Assembly: GCA_047967505.1 (NCBI GenBank)
Contig: CM106538.1
Length of the DNA stretch: 64,000 bases
Source of the DNA: Dipteris shenzhenensis
Lineage: Eukaryota
Strand: one strand, 5' to 3'
The notes beneath the pieces were generated by a model. The model worked only from the letters and a program-made list of their open reading frames with translations, was not told the DNA's origin and ran no database searches. Position numbers and translations under genes: made by a program. This document shows positions 13,678-26,000 of the stretch, piece by piece (position 1 is the stretch's first letter; each line of letters opens with the position of its first letter).

Positions 13678-16600
13678 ATGACCACCGGAAACTCCTTCGA
13701 ACATGACCATTCGTCAACGGTCAGAGCAGCCAGAGGTCGAGCTATTCAACTTGATATAACATCAAGAAAGATGTCCTTGAGGCCAGCTACGTCATCGTGG
13801 TTGACCATCGCAGATAGATACAAGCAATGGGTTAGTAATTGCACGGCTATTTTCTCTAGCCTTCAAATCTGCGATGTCTGTGGCATAACCACGGTACTGT
13901 CTGCAAACCAAAGGATCGTTTCTTCGCAACGCATAGGCATCTCGAGCCACAGCGCCGCACTCGAAAACATGATACTTTTGGATGCCTGCGAGAATATGGG
14001 CATGCAAGTGACTTACTGGAAATGCCAAAGCAGCACACGAGATGCCCAGCGGAGCAGATACATTGTGCGGTTGATGCACTCTCGGCAGTTGCTTAAAACA
14101 AACCACCTCCACACGCAACTGCTAAGCATCATAGATATATCCATTTCAGTTACCACGACTGCAAATGCGATTGCTCGTGGCACACTCGATCGAAGGTCAC
14201 TTCTAGACAATCCTCTGATATCTCGAAAAAACATCCCACTAAGCTCGGCTCAAGAAATCGTGACGAACGAGCTGTCAGGTGTGCTCCCATACAACATCGA
14301 GAACAATCCAATATTGTGCAAGTACAATTCTTTAGCAGAGCGTGCGGACATCAAGATGGGTATGTGCATCTTGAGTCCTCAAACCATTGCAGGTATCTTG
14401 GAACTACACGATGAGACAGCTCCCTTCGAGTTAATGTCAATAGCAGAATCTCAGCCTGAGCTCCTGCTTTTGCAAAACATGGTGGACCCCGCGAACCGTT
14501 GCGCCTTTGATGCAAGGGACAAGCATGAGTTTGCCTCCATACAGCTACGGGGTACATAAATGCTTTCAGAGAGGGTCGCTTCATTCCACGTCGACGGAGT
14601 AGCAGCAGCTGGCAGTGCGTGCGTTGACATAACCATGGAGTCAGCAGTGTTCCCCTTCCTGTTCCCTTTCGGACGGGGCTACTATGATGGCTGCATACAG
14701 TTCAGCAACTATGTGAAAATGAGAATATGCACCTTATTCTCTATCTACACGCTCTACAAGCCGTACTTGTTGATCACGTTCCAGTTAAAACAGGGAGTGA
14801 TGATTGCCAATTCAAGCAACTCTACATGCTTGCAACGAGACATCGACCAATATAGGAAAGCCAACCCTGCCACGACCGATGAAGACGCAATGAGACACGT
14901 GCTTCGCTACAGCATGCCATCAACAATGCCGGGGTCCCCATCGTGGCATCGACGGCAACTGAAGGACCTCATAACGATGGTCGATGCTTGGGGCCTCCCA
15001 GATTTCTTTCTGACATTCACTGCAGACGAGGTCACCAATACACGATGGCAAGAAATTAATGTGATCGAGAGCATCGCAACACATTATAATGCGCAATTCA
15101 CTTGGAAGGACTGTCCTGTTGAATGCGTGGCACTTTTCCACGCACGCTTCCACATGTTCATGCGCAAGCATTTGCTTTCATCCGACGGTCTGCTTGGCCA
15201 AATACAACACCATGTCGTTCGTTATGAGATACAAAACAGGGGCTCCCTACACGCCCATGTCATATTGTGGGTCCACCATGATGACCGTCAGCGAATTGCA
15301 AATGAGATTGCGGCTTACGTCCCCAGGGACGAGGCCCTGGATCCTCGAAACACAAGGCTGCGAGAACTAGTTCTCAGGAAGCAGTTGCACGTATGCAGGA
15401 AAGCGTGCTACGTCGGACCGTCACACCACAGTTGCAAGCACGGCTTCCCTTTCGCAACACAGCCAGAATATGAACCCATCCTCGACCCTCTGACGCAACG
15501 TTGGTTGTATTACCGGCCGGGACACGAGCACCAAAATGTCGTCCCTTACCACCCTTCCGTGTTACTGTTGTGGGGTGCACACATGAACATACAGCGGGTG
15601 ACAAACTCTTCAATCTCTCACTACCTCCTCAAGTACGCGATGAAATCTGAACCAATGGGCAAACTGAACATCCATTCAGAAGACGCCTCGCGTTTGGGGT
15701 TGCAACATCTCGACGAAGTAAAGCTGAAACTCATCGCCGCGAGCCTCCTATCAAAACCAACCTCTCCAACAGAGGCCGCGCTAAACTGCATGCAGATACC
15801 AACAATCACAAGGAGCGAGACCGTTCACTATGTTGACTCCTCGCCACCATCTCTAAGACAACGCATCATCTCGCGCAACAACAACGTCACCCTGCACCCG
15901 GTCGACATATACTGCGGGAGACCGAGCGTCATCGAGGATAGCACGTTCTACGATTACCATAGGCAATATGTGATTCGAAAGCCCAAGGAAACGCAACGTG
16001 AAACGGTCGGTCTTGACCTCTTAGGCAACAGGATCGCAAAATGTGAGCGAGTAGTCAGATTCACTGACTACCACCCTGGACATCAACCAGAGGGGTACTT
16101 CTACAACGTGCTCTTGCGAAAACTCAGCTTCACGAATGAAACGGAGCTCATATCACCTGCCAACACAGCTGGATCCTACTTTGTCGAATGCCAAATGCGC
16201 GGCCTCATATTGAGCAACGAGGACCTCGAGATGTATGTGACCGACTACATGCAAAGGAACTTGCTAGCGACTGACCACATAGACCAGTTGATCAATATGA
16301 TATTGCAAAAGGTTGTGATCATCCGAGACTGCTCGATGGAAGTGCCTAACATCGACCAGCAAACCGTCGAAGGGCCAACACGCGCGAGGATGTTGGAAAA
16401 AATGGCCGAGTTTCGCACCGTCGCCAATGCCGCATTGACAGTAGAACAACAAAGAGTCTTCGAAAGCCTAGCTTCAACAAGCTCGAGGCTGCACGTTGTC
16501 TGTGGAACACTAGGTAGCGGCAAAAGCTTCTTGATACGGTACTATGTTTTGCATCTGGTAGTGCAAAACAAAACGGCAATACTCTGTGCATCAACAGGGG

Positions 16601-17739
16601 CGGCTGCGACGCGGCTGAGCGGGATTGCAACCACTGTACACTACCAATTCAAGATCCATGTGCGCAGCAGCAGTTAGTACCCACTGAACATCCATGAGAC
16701 GGATGAGCGACACCTCGCAATCAAGGAAGCCAACGCGATCATCATTGACGAGATGTCCATGCTAACAAGGATGACTTTCGATCTCGTGGTAAGACAAATC
16801 GTCAATGTGACTAATGGCACATTGCATGAGCCATTCAGACACAAAATGCTCATAATTTTTGGTGACCTGGCGCAATTACCGCCAGTCTAAAAACACCGCG
16901 AGGATCTCTGCGAGCCGTGCCACATCACGTCCTCCGCGCACTGGGCTCAAGCGAAAATGTACCACATGCAATTCTCGGTGCGACATGCACGAGACATGCC
17001 GTTCCTGGCATTCTTGCATACCATAAGACTCAGGACGCCCACAACTGATGAGATTTCCGACTGTTTGGGGCAGTGCATTGTTGACAAGGAAGGTGCATGC
17101 CACTTCATCGATGCCGAAACAACCATCATTTGCACGCACAGAGTTGATGTCGCTACCTTCAACGATGAGCTTGTGGAGAAATTCAACACTCCCGAGATGA
17201 TTGTGCATGTTCAAATACACAGTAACGCCGCGAGCGAACCAGCTCTCAAAGAATGGTTGGAGGACAAAAGCTTCAACGAGATAGGAAAAATTTGTGTGGG
17301 GGCGAAGGCAATGATAACGGAAAACATCGACCTCGCAATAGGTGCCGCAAATGGAGCAATGTGCAAAATCAAGAGCATCAATGCAACTAGCAGGGGAGAA
17401 ATCAATGGTATCACTGTCGTCGTGGACACAACAGCGGCCGTGCTCACATTACGACGCTCAAAGCATCAGCGAAAGGCAATAAATGGAAAATGGTTCCACA
17501 AGTCCACATTTCCACTAACCCTAGCATACACTATCACGGGACACAAATCCCAAGGCGCAACCATATCCAACAAAGCGCTGCTCATATTTCGAGGAGTGTT
17601 TGCCCCTGGCCTAGCATACGTGATGTTGTCCAGAGTGACTGAGAGAACGAGGCTGCGCATACTACATTGCCCACATCCAGACATATTCAGACCTATTCCA
17701 CGAGAGTTCTCACAGCCAACAACACAACCACGCGCATAA
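13678..17739 (+). mobile_element. Helitron-like RepHel transposase (HUH-Y2 Rep plus PIF1/SF1B helicase), Helentron/Helitron2 type; pseudogenised by three in-frame stops
   Basis: ORFs 13678-14559, 14560-16677 and 16957-17739 share one frame, with stops at 14557, 16675 and 16888. Rep motifs: FFLTFT, RYEIQNRGSLHAHVILW, HYLLKYAMK. Helicase motifs: GTLGSGKS, ASTGAAA, IIIDEMSM, FGDLAQLPPV, FPLTLAYTITGHKSQG, GLAYVMLSRV. Confidence 0.95.
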
Positions 17740-17849
17740 AGGTATTCACTACCAGAGATTGAAAAAGGCAGAGACAAGTCATGAATATGTTACGTCAAAC
17801 ATGCGTGCAAGGAAAATGGTTTTAATATCTTGTCTGTTGTCGAGAACAG

Positions 17850-19180
17850 GTGCAGAGAATCAGAAAGCTCGGGACATTGCAGCATAAGACATGGACGCAG
17901 ACAAGGTAAATTCCACCAGCATGAAAGAATCTTTTTTTTTTCTTGAAGATTTAAAAAGACAGCTCATTTGAAAAGACGGTGTAATAAGTCGTGCCTGCAA
18001 GCAGCTATTTGAGCTATACAAAAGCAATGCGAAGGCAACAAAACCTCCACCAGCAAAGAGGAGGTTCTTCCTAACCACAAAGCAATTCCGGCTAGCAAAC
18101 AATGCAGGAGAACGTCCGGGAGCTTACATCAATGGCTTCAACATGTATGTGGAACTACGCGACTTCATTGACAACTGCAATAGGCGTTTGCCAGCTAAAA
18201 GAGAGCCGAGAGGCTTGAGATTCGCAAATGGTACGTAATGCTTCCGAAAATTAAAAAAACCGCAACAATTGAGAAAAAGAATTAACGAGTTGCAAGAACA
18301 ACAAACTCATCATGGATTGCACTTCTCCTGTAGGACTCCTCAAAGAGATCCTTGTCGAGCTTGACATTGAGTTCGATGAGACCGATAGGATGATGGAAAG
18401 TTTGGAGGGGCAGAAGCTACTAGACACGAAGACGAAAGGGATCACAGCGTATGCGTGCGAGCTGCTGCATTACGGGTACAACGTATTCTTGAAGTTGCTG
18501 AGGGACACGACGCGCGATCAAGGAACAGCTATACTCGAACAATTCATGGAACAATTTGGAGGGGCGCACGACGTGACGCACCCGGTGACGACAATGGAGA
18601 AGCTTACGTATATTTTCGACAGGGACTTATACGAGGAGCACTTCGGTATTGGAAACGATCCTTTAACGCCAACAGAGAAAAACCAGGGCAAGTAAATAAA
18701 TGCATTCTATTATGGACCTCAAACGAAAAAAAAAAGACCAAAAACCTCGATGATTAACGTAATTGTCAACGTTTACGCAGGTACGACATTGAAAGACGCG
18801 AGCCTCCAGATGAAGGAGGAGCCTCCACTGAAGCGCCCGCGCAAGGGAATCGTGCGAGCCTCGTCGTCTACTGCATCACGTGCAAGCCCAACAACAAAAA
18901 ATACATAGGGAGCACGACGGACATGCCGCGGAGGATCAAACAGCACAATAAAAAACCACCTACGAAAATGAAAGAGGACTTGCAGCATTACAAGCCCTTC
19001 AAAGAAAATTTCGAAATCAAAGTTTTGGAAACAACAAACACTGTAGACAAAGCACGAACTTTAGAGCAGTACTACATAAGGAGCCACAACACAGTAGGTC
19101 CATTAGGTTACAACACGCTCGAGGGCCATCCGGCTAGAGCGCGGAAGTACTATTTCCTAAAGCGTAGGAACATAATTTGA
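17850..19180 (+). pseudogene. Spliced accessory gene downstream of RepHel encoding a C-terminal GIY-YIG endonuclease
   Basis: The last exon (18781-19180) reads VVYCITCKPNNKKYIGSTTDMPRRIKQH...LEQYYIRSHNTVGPLGYN. Intron 18692-18780 (GTAAAT...CGCAG, phase 2) joins it in frame to ORF 18312-18695. An upstream exon at ~17850-18234 contains two stops. Confidence 0.8.
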
Positions 19181-20679
19181 CCCAATCCAATGAAGTTGCA
19201 AATGGTGCTGGAACTTTTGTCGTACATGCAATGCAGCTTTGGGTTTGGATTATTCCTGTCACAGTTGCATGCTTCTGTCTCAATTTGGTTTTGATTTATT
19301 ATTTATACATTTCTGAAATACATCTCCCCGTCATTCGAAGTGGAATGACAATAGATTTGCTTACAGTGCAAAGAATAGGAATTTTTCTTCCTCCGAAAAA
19401 AAGAAAAACTACGTTTTACTGTCGACATGAACAACATCAAGTGCAAGCAGGACTGGATGATAACGAAATCTCTACAAAAGGTTGCATGCAATTGAACATC
19501 AATCTTCTGCATCATTTCTGACAACGTGACTCATGTGAACCTCAACAAGATAGCAAAAGAGAGAAGTATTCATCAAGAGCCCAGCTGGCCAAGCAATCTA
19601 GTTGCGGCTCTACTCTATAACTTATTGAAGCCATTCTAAGCAGTGCCTTCTTCAGCCCAGCAGCACGAGTTCAGGCGGGTGGGGCTTTGACCAAACTGTG
19701 CTGCTGGCTGCAGTTTGGGCTTTCACCCACCTCTGGTGGCTGCCCGCCTTCGATAGCTCGCTGCCTTCATTCAATAGGTTCCATTCCCTAGCTGCAGTGC
19801 CTCGCACAACAGTTTTAGTCAGTTTGGGCTTTCACCCACCTTTGCTGGCTGCCCGCGTTCGATAGCGTTCCATTCTCGACGGTTTTGACGTCCACTCACC
19901 GACGCTCGCTGCCCGTTTTTGATGCCCTTGGCTACCTCTCAAAGCACATCTGCTTGCTACCTGCCCACATAGCTCTAGAGGCACACAGAGTTGGCCCCTT
20001 GTAGTTTGTTCGTTAGAGGCAACCATATGGACCCGTTAAAAACGAACAGAGTCGCATTAAGTTTTGGTAAATTGAAATCTTTTTAGCATACCAAAGGGAA
20101 AACAATGATTGATGATGTTATTCCCTTGGAAGATCCAACGGGAAACTAGAGAGGACTATAAACAAATGCCACACAATAATGGAGATGCTTCACATCAATG
20201 GTATGGGAAATAGCACCCTCAGATCTAGAGCATGGAGTGCTATTCCCATGACCCCCCCTATTTTTAGTCTATTTCCCATGGTGCATTTTACACAACGTAT
20301 TTGAAATACTTGTTGGAGCGAGGAGCGGTGAAATCTTCTTCTCACTCGTTAATGTTTTTGGAAAATAAGGTTAATCTAAGTTGTGTATTTGAAATTACCT
20401 TTTAGAAAGATGTGATGTGAAGATTTTAGCTTTAAGCTATGATTACTTTTTAATAGCTCAACACATCAAAAAAATCATTTGCTTTTCTCACTTACCAATA
20501 TAGTAGATCTACTAATGCGTACTTGTTCAAGCCTGGTTTCAATCTAAATTATGTGTAGTTTATAAGGTACGATTTGTTGAGCAAATAGATAGAATATGAT
20601 GTTAAGTGGTGACTTGATTTTAGAGGGGTGATGCATCATTTGGAGGAAGGGGGAAGCATGCACGCGTGTGCACGTGCAC

Positions 20680-20701
20680 GCACACACACACACACACACA
20701 C

Positions 20702-20733
<32 letters not shown>
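20680..20733. repeat. Compound (CA)n/(GA)n microsatellite
   Basis: Read directly. Confidence 0.9.
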
Positions 20734-20736
<3 letters not shown>

Positions 20737-21618
20737 TAGTCATCTTGAGACATCTAAATCCCCTTTTGGGTAGTACACACCTATTTGCCATTTCCCTCAA
20801 ATCATTGCCAAAGCACATAGAGTTATGCAATAGCGACTTGGATTAGATTTTGTTTTCCTTAAGGCATTTTGCTATTTTAGATAATAGAACCAATCGGTCC
20901 TCACTGAGTTTCCTATAGAGATTGAGCATTAGCCAGAGTAGTAGAGCACCAAGGTCAAAGGTTTAGAAGCATGACTTTCATGGTCAATCCCTATGGTATT
21001 TACATAGACTTTGCCTACATATCCAAGAGCATCAACTATGATTACATCCTTTAAAGGAGCAAGTGCTACCTCGAATGAAACTCTATGGGCAAGTTGACCT
21101 CTATGCTCGTCCATGATGGCACCCTATATGAGAGTGTATATTATGGATTTTGCCCAATGCTCCTTTCCTTTCTTGAATCCCCTTCATGTTACCAGGACTT
21201 AGATTTGAGAAGATTAGTTTCTCCAGTGTCAAAATGGTAGGCAACCGACTCCTTACCTCCCTTCCTTTTTGCTCCTCACCTCCCTTCTTTTGACTTTAGG
21301 CCCCTAGAATTCTCCTTCTTTGCATGCTCTCCATGCAACAAACACCATAGAAATAATGAGATCTTTGGATCATAGCAAAGTATGTACTTGGAGAAGCAGC
21401 TTCCTAAGCAAGTATGTAGGTGGAATCAAAGGCAAGATTCCCAAGGTCCTCCTTAAAGGACCACAGTTTTACTCCTGAGTTTGAGTTCTACTCCCTTATG
21501 TAATTTTTTTTATCGAGGTTATTTTTGTGAATTACAAAGCATGTGTTTGATTTTCTTTCAAAATTTTCTAGGGTCCTTTAGACCACTACCCAACACCGTC
21601 TCTTTGACTGAGGGGGTG

Positions 21619-21749
21619 TTGAGTGAGGCTTGTAGTGTGTGTGTACAAATTAATCTCATTGATCCTTCTGTTAAGGTATACCATATTTTGAGTGAGGCTT
21701 GTAGTGTGTGTGTACAAATTAATCTCATTCGTCCTTCTCTTAAGGTATA
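21619..21749. repeat. Tandem duplication, period 69 bp
   Basis: TTGAGTGAGGCTTGTAGTGTGTGTGTACAAATTAATCTCATT..TCCTTCT.TTAAGGTATA occurs twice. Confidence 0.9.
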
Positions 21750-21899
21750 GTGTATTTTGACAAAGGTAAGAAGCAATAAAGTATGAAAATTTGTGAAGAT
21801 TAAGAAATTTTGTTAAGATATTAGTAATTTTGGACCATAATCTTGGAAAATATTATTAAGATTTCTTATCCATACAAAATGGCTCACACACATCATTTT

Positions 21900-22330
21900 T
21901 AAAATGGGGAGTGCCACCCTCCTTAGTTACTGATACATTTAATGCATATGTAGCGCTGCCCCTCTTGAGCTCTCTGGCCAATTGCCTTGTTGAAATGACC
22001 TGCAATTTAGGAGCTGCAATACCATGCAATGTAACTGATCCATCCCTGTGGACAAAGCTGAGTGTTAAGGCATTGAAATCCATGCTGATTTTGCCCAGTG
22101 ATTGCAACCAATCACAGCCCAGGACAAGATCTATTGGGCCCATGTCAAGTGCCAAGAGATCACCTGCAAATGTTTAGTCATCAGAGAACTTAATCCTTGC
22201 ATCTTGGCAACAAGATCTACTGATCATATGCTGTCCATTGGCCACTTCTACTCTCAGCCCATGGTCTATCTCAGTAGCAATCAGCCCCCAACCCTGCCAT
22301 AGTTCGTTCAAGTATGCATCTTGATTCTAA
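21900..22330 (-). mobile_element. Ty3/gypsy aspartic protease remnant
   Basis: LRVEVANGQ...LDMGPIDLVLGCDWLQSLGKISMDFNALTLSF is typical of the region after the active site in plant gypsy proteases. Confidence 0.75.
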
Positions 22331-22648
22331 TGATTTATTAAAGTTTCTCTCTTAGTTGGTGTAGCTCTTATCATTTTAATATCTTCAATTAATCATAACT
22401 AACAATAAGTCTTAAGCCATGCCTAATGTAAGTTCACAGTATTTTCAATACTACTCTCATGTTGGTATTTATTGAAATAATGTTAATGGATAAATGTGTT
22501 GTATTATCTTAGATAAGCACATCTTCTCTTGAATTTATATATTCATGAAAATTTGAAAATCAAATTTGTGAATAAGTCATATAATAACTTGCATTAGTTG
22601 CTCCACCATGTTTCTTTGTCCATGTCCTTTGGACTCCCATCTAGCTAT

Positions 22649-23021
22649 TGTTGAGTTGAGATGGGCACTTGTGAAGATAGTGGGAGAGAGGGAAGGAGTC
22701 TCACTTGCGGCTTTCTCACATGCACAATGGGGGAATACACACAAAGGTGGAGGCTGAAAACAGTTTTCCTCTTCTTAGTTGTGAAAGCCAAAAGAACTCT
22801 AGTACAAAGAAATAGAAGAACCCTATATGTGGGTCTCAAACCAAACTCAACTAACTAAGGTGGCATACTAACTGAGCCACGAACTAGTGTAGATAAGGAT
22901 AGCTGTTATCCAGCTATTATTTGTGGGCGGTGTACCAACCGCATCTGTAGCTAACAAGTCGGTGACATGAATGCACAACAGTCACCCTGGCATATCGCGA
23001 GTGGAGCTCGATATCTCAACA
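22649..23021 (-). repeat. 3' LTR of copia element
   Basis: Termini TGTTGAG...CTCAACA. PPT GAGGGGGAG is adjacent at 23022-23030 on the minus strand. Confidence 0.85.
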
Positions 23022-26000
23022 CTCCCCCTCGAGCTCAATCCCAATTCCTGCACACCAAGTACGTCTCTGAACTTGCGCAGCTTCTCTACGCCCAATGCCT
23101 TCGTGAATATGTCAGCTACCTGATCCTCTGTGCTGACATAAACTAGATCAATAAGACCTAGTAAAACCTTCTCCCGCACATAGTGATAATGCACCTCAAT
23201 GTGCTTTGTTCTAACATGATAGACTGGGTTATTTGCCAAGTGTATACTACTCATGTTGTCACAATAAATGACAACTGGCCCATCTGTAGACTGATGCATA
23301 TCATAGAGTAGCTTATGCAACCAAGCTACCTCACATGCAGCCATTGCTGCACCCCTGTACTCAGCCTCTGTGCTCGACAAGGCAACTGTAGGCTGTTTCT
23401 TGCTGCTCCAAGTGACTGCAGCACTCCCAAAAGAGAACACATATCCACTGGTAGATCGTCTATCAGAAATACTACGAGCCCAATCAGCATCAGTGTATCC
23501 ATGCAACTGTATCTGAACCCCAGTCTCATAAAATAGTCCATACTGCAATGTGGACTTCACATACCTGAGTATGCGTCTAGCCGCATCCAAATGCGGTTTC
23601 CTTGGAGCCTGCATAAACTGACTTACCAACCCAACAGCATAGCTCAAATCTGGCCTGGTAATAGTCATGTAAATCAAACTTCCTACTATGCGTCTGTACA
23701 TAGTAGGGTCTTCCAAAAGCTCACCTGCATCTGTGCTCAGCTTCACATTCTGCTCCAAAGGAACTGAAATAGGCCTACAGCCTGTCATCCCATATTTGGA
23801 CAGCATGTCCAATCCATACTGCCTCTGCAAGAGTTGTATCCCATTTGGTGATCTAATCACCTCAATGCCCAAGAAATAACGCAGCTCTCCCAAATCCTTC
23901 ATCTCAAACTTCTGCCTCAATAGCATTTTCACGTGAAGGACATCTTCATCACTATCACCTGTGATGATCAAATCATCAACATAAATGACCAGCAGCATAA
24001 TCCCTTTCTCTATTTTTCTCACATAGAGTGAGAAATCTGCCTTGGAAATCTGAAAGCCAATAGTGACAAGATACTGTCCTATCTTGTCAGACCATGCTCT
24101 AGGTGCTTGCTTCAAGCCATACAAGGCTTTCTTCAACCTGCAAACAAACTTAGGATGAGTAGCATGAACATAACCTGCTGGCTGCTCCATAAAGACCTCT
24201 TCTTGCAAATCACCATGCAAGAAGGCATTCTTTACATCCATCTGATGTAAAGACCATCCCTTTGATGCAGCCATAGCAATGGCTACTCTTACGGTTGCCA
24301 TCCTTGCAACCGGGCTGAAAGTTTCTTCATAATCAATGCCATATGTCGGTGCATACCCCTTGACAACTAATCTTGCCTTGTATCTATTCACAGAACCATC
24401 TGCATTGTGCTTGATCTTATAAACCCACTTACAGCCAATTGCATTCTTGTCTTTAGGCAAAGGCACCAATTCCCATGTAGCATTAGCATCCAAGGCATCC
24501 ATTTCTTCATCCATGCCTTTCTCCCATTTTTCATTTCCCATGGCTTGCTCAAAAGAAGTGGGTTCTGGTTCCTATATCACTTTGACCATATAGGCATAGT
24601 GAATGGCTGTAAATCCATCATATTTCAGCCTATCCACAGGATACCTAACCTTGGTAGACTGCGCGAAATAGGCTCACTTCTAGGTGCTCTCAAAACATCC
24701 CTGGTCTTCCTTACTCCAGGTGTAACAACAGAAGGAATACCCAACTCATTATCAATGCTCTGTTCTGAGCCACTGGATTCACCATCCACATAAGAGTGAC
24801 CTGCATTCACATCAAACATGGGCTGATCTACCTTCTCTTTTCCTTTTCGTGATACCTGCATACCACTCTCTGCATTGCTTTGAGGAGATTCTCCTGATCT
24901 CAATCTGCCTGTCCATGGTAAAGTATGTGAACCACTACTAGAGGACACTCTAGGTCCACTAATATTTTGTGATTGCTGCTGTGAATTCTGTGCAGCATTA
25001 CCATTTTGTGCATCTACATCAATCATTACATTTACTGGTTTATACCAGCTGCTCATCTCATCAAAAACAACATCTCTGCTCACTGTGAACTTTCGTGTAG
25101 AAGGGTTATAGCATCTATACCCTTTCTGCTGTAGAGAATAACCAATAAAGATGCACTTCTCAGCTTTTGGATCCAACTTGGACCTCAACTCATCTGGCAC
25201 ATGGACATAGGCAATGCAACCAAAAATTTTCAAATGAGAAATATCTGGTTTCCTACCAGTATACATCTCCTCTGGCGTCATGCCATGTATTGCTGCAGTG
25301 GGAGTCCTGTTCATTATATAAACTGCTGTAGCAACTGCTTCAGCCCAATAACAATCTGGTAGATCTTTTTCATTTAGCATAGCCCAAGATACCTCTCCAA
25401 TATGTCTGTTTTTCCTTTCTGCAATTCCATTTTGCTGTGGGGTATGACTGCATGAATATTGCTGCTTTATACCATGCTCCTGCAAGAACCTTGCAAACTC
25501 ATTTGAGAGGTACTCTCCCCCTCCATCTGACCTTAGGCATTTTATTTGCAGGCCTGTTTCTTTTTCAACCATAGCTTTGAAAGCTTTGAAATGCCCAAAC
25601 ACTTCCCTTTTCTTTTTCATAAAATACACCCAAAGTTTTCTACTGAAGTCATCAATAAATGTGACAAAATAGTGATAGCCTCCAATAGATGTAGCTTTAG
25701 TAGTCCACACATCAGAGTGGATTAATTCCAATGGCTTTTTACTCTCTTGAACATGCCTAGGAAAAGGTTTCCTTGCCTGTTTCCCAAATTGACAGGCTTC
25801 ACAAACCTTGTGCATTTCTGCAACCTTGAATTTAGGCAATCTTGCAACAATATTTTGGGCCTGCATTGATTTAAGTCACTGTACATTAACATGACCAATG
25901 CGTTTATGCCAGATATCAATATCTGCAACTACACCGGTCCCATGTGCAAACATTGCTGCACTCAATTCAGGCATGTCCACATCCAGCGTAAACATCCTGC

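Noticed and set aside
13678-17739. Three separate genes, or programmed stop read-through/RNA editing, in the RepHel frame
   Set aside because: The stops fall within one continuous polyprotein frame, including inside the helicase domain, and are most simply point mutations in a silenced nuclear transposon; nothing supports recoding.
17740-20100. Fanzor/TnpB gene, which some Helitron2 elements carry
   Set aside because: No RuvC-like motifs or C-terminal zinc ribbon were recognisable; the nuclease present is GIY-YIG.
22982-23030. copia pol reading through the PPT into the LTR
   Set aside because: This is common in copia elements and not unusual.
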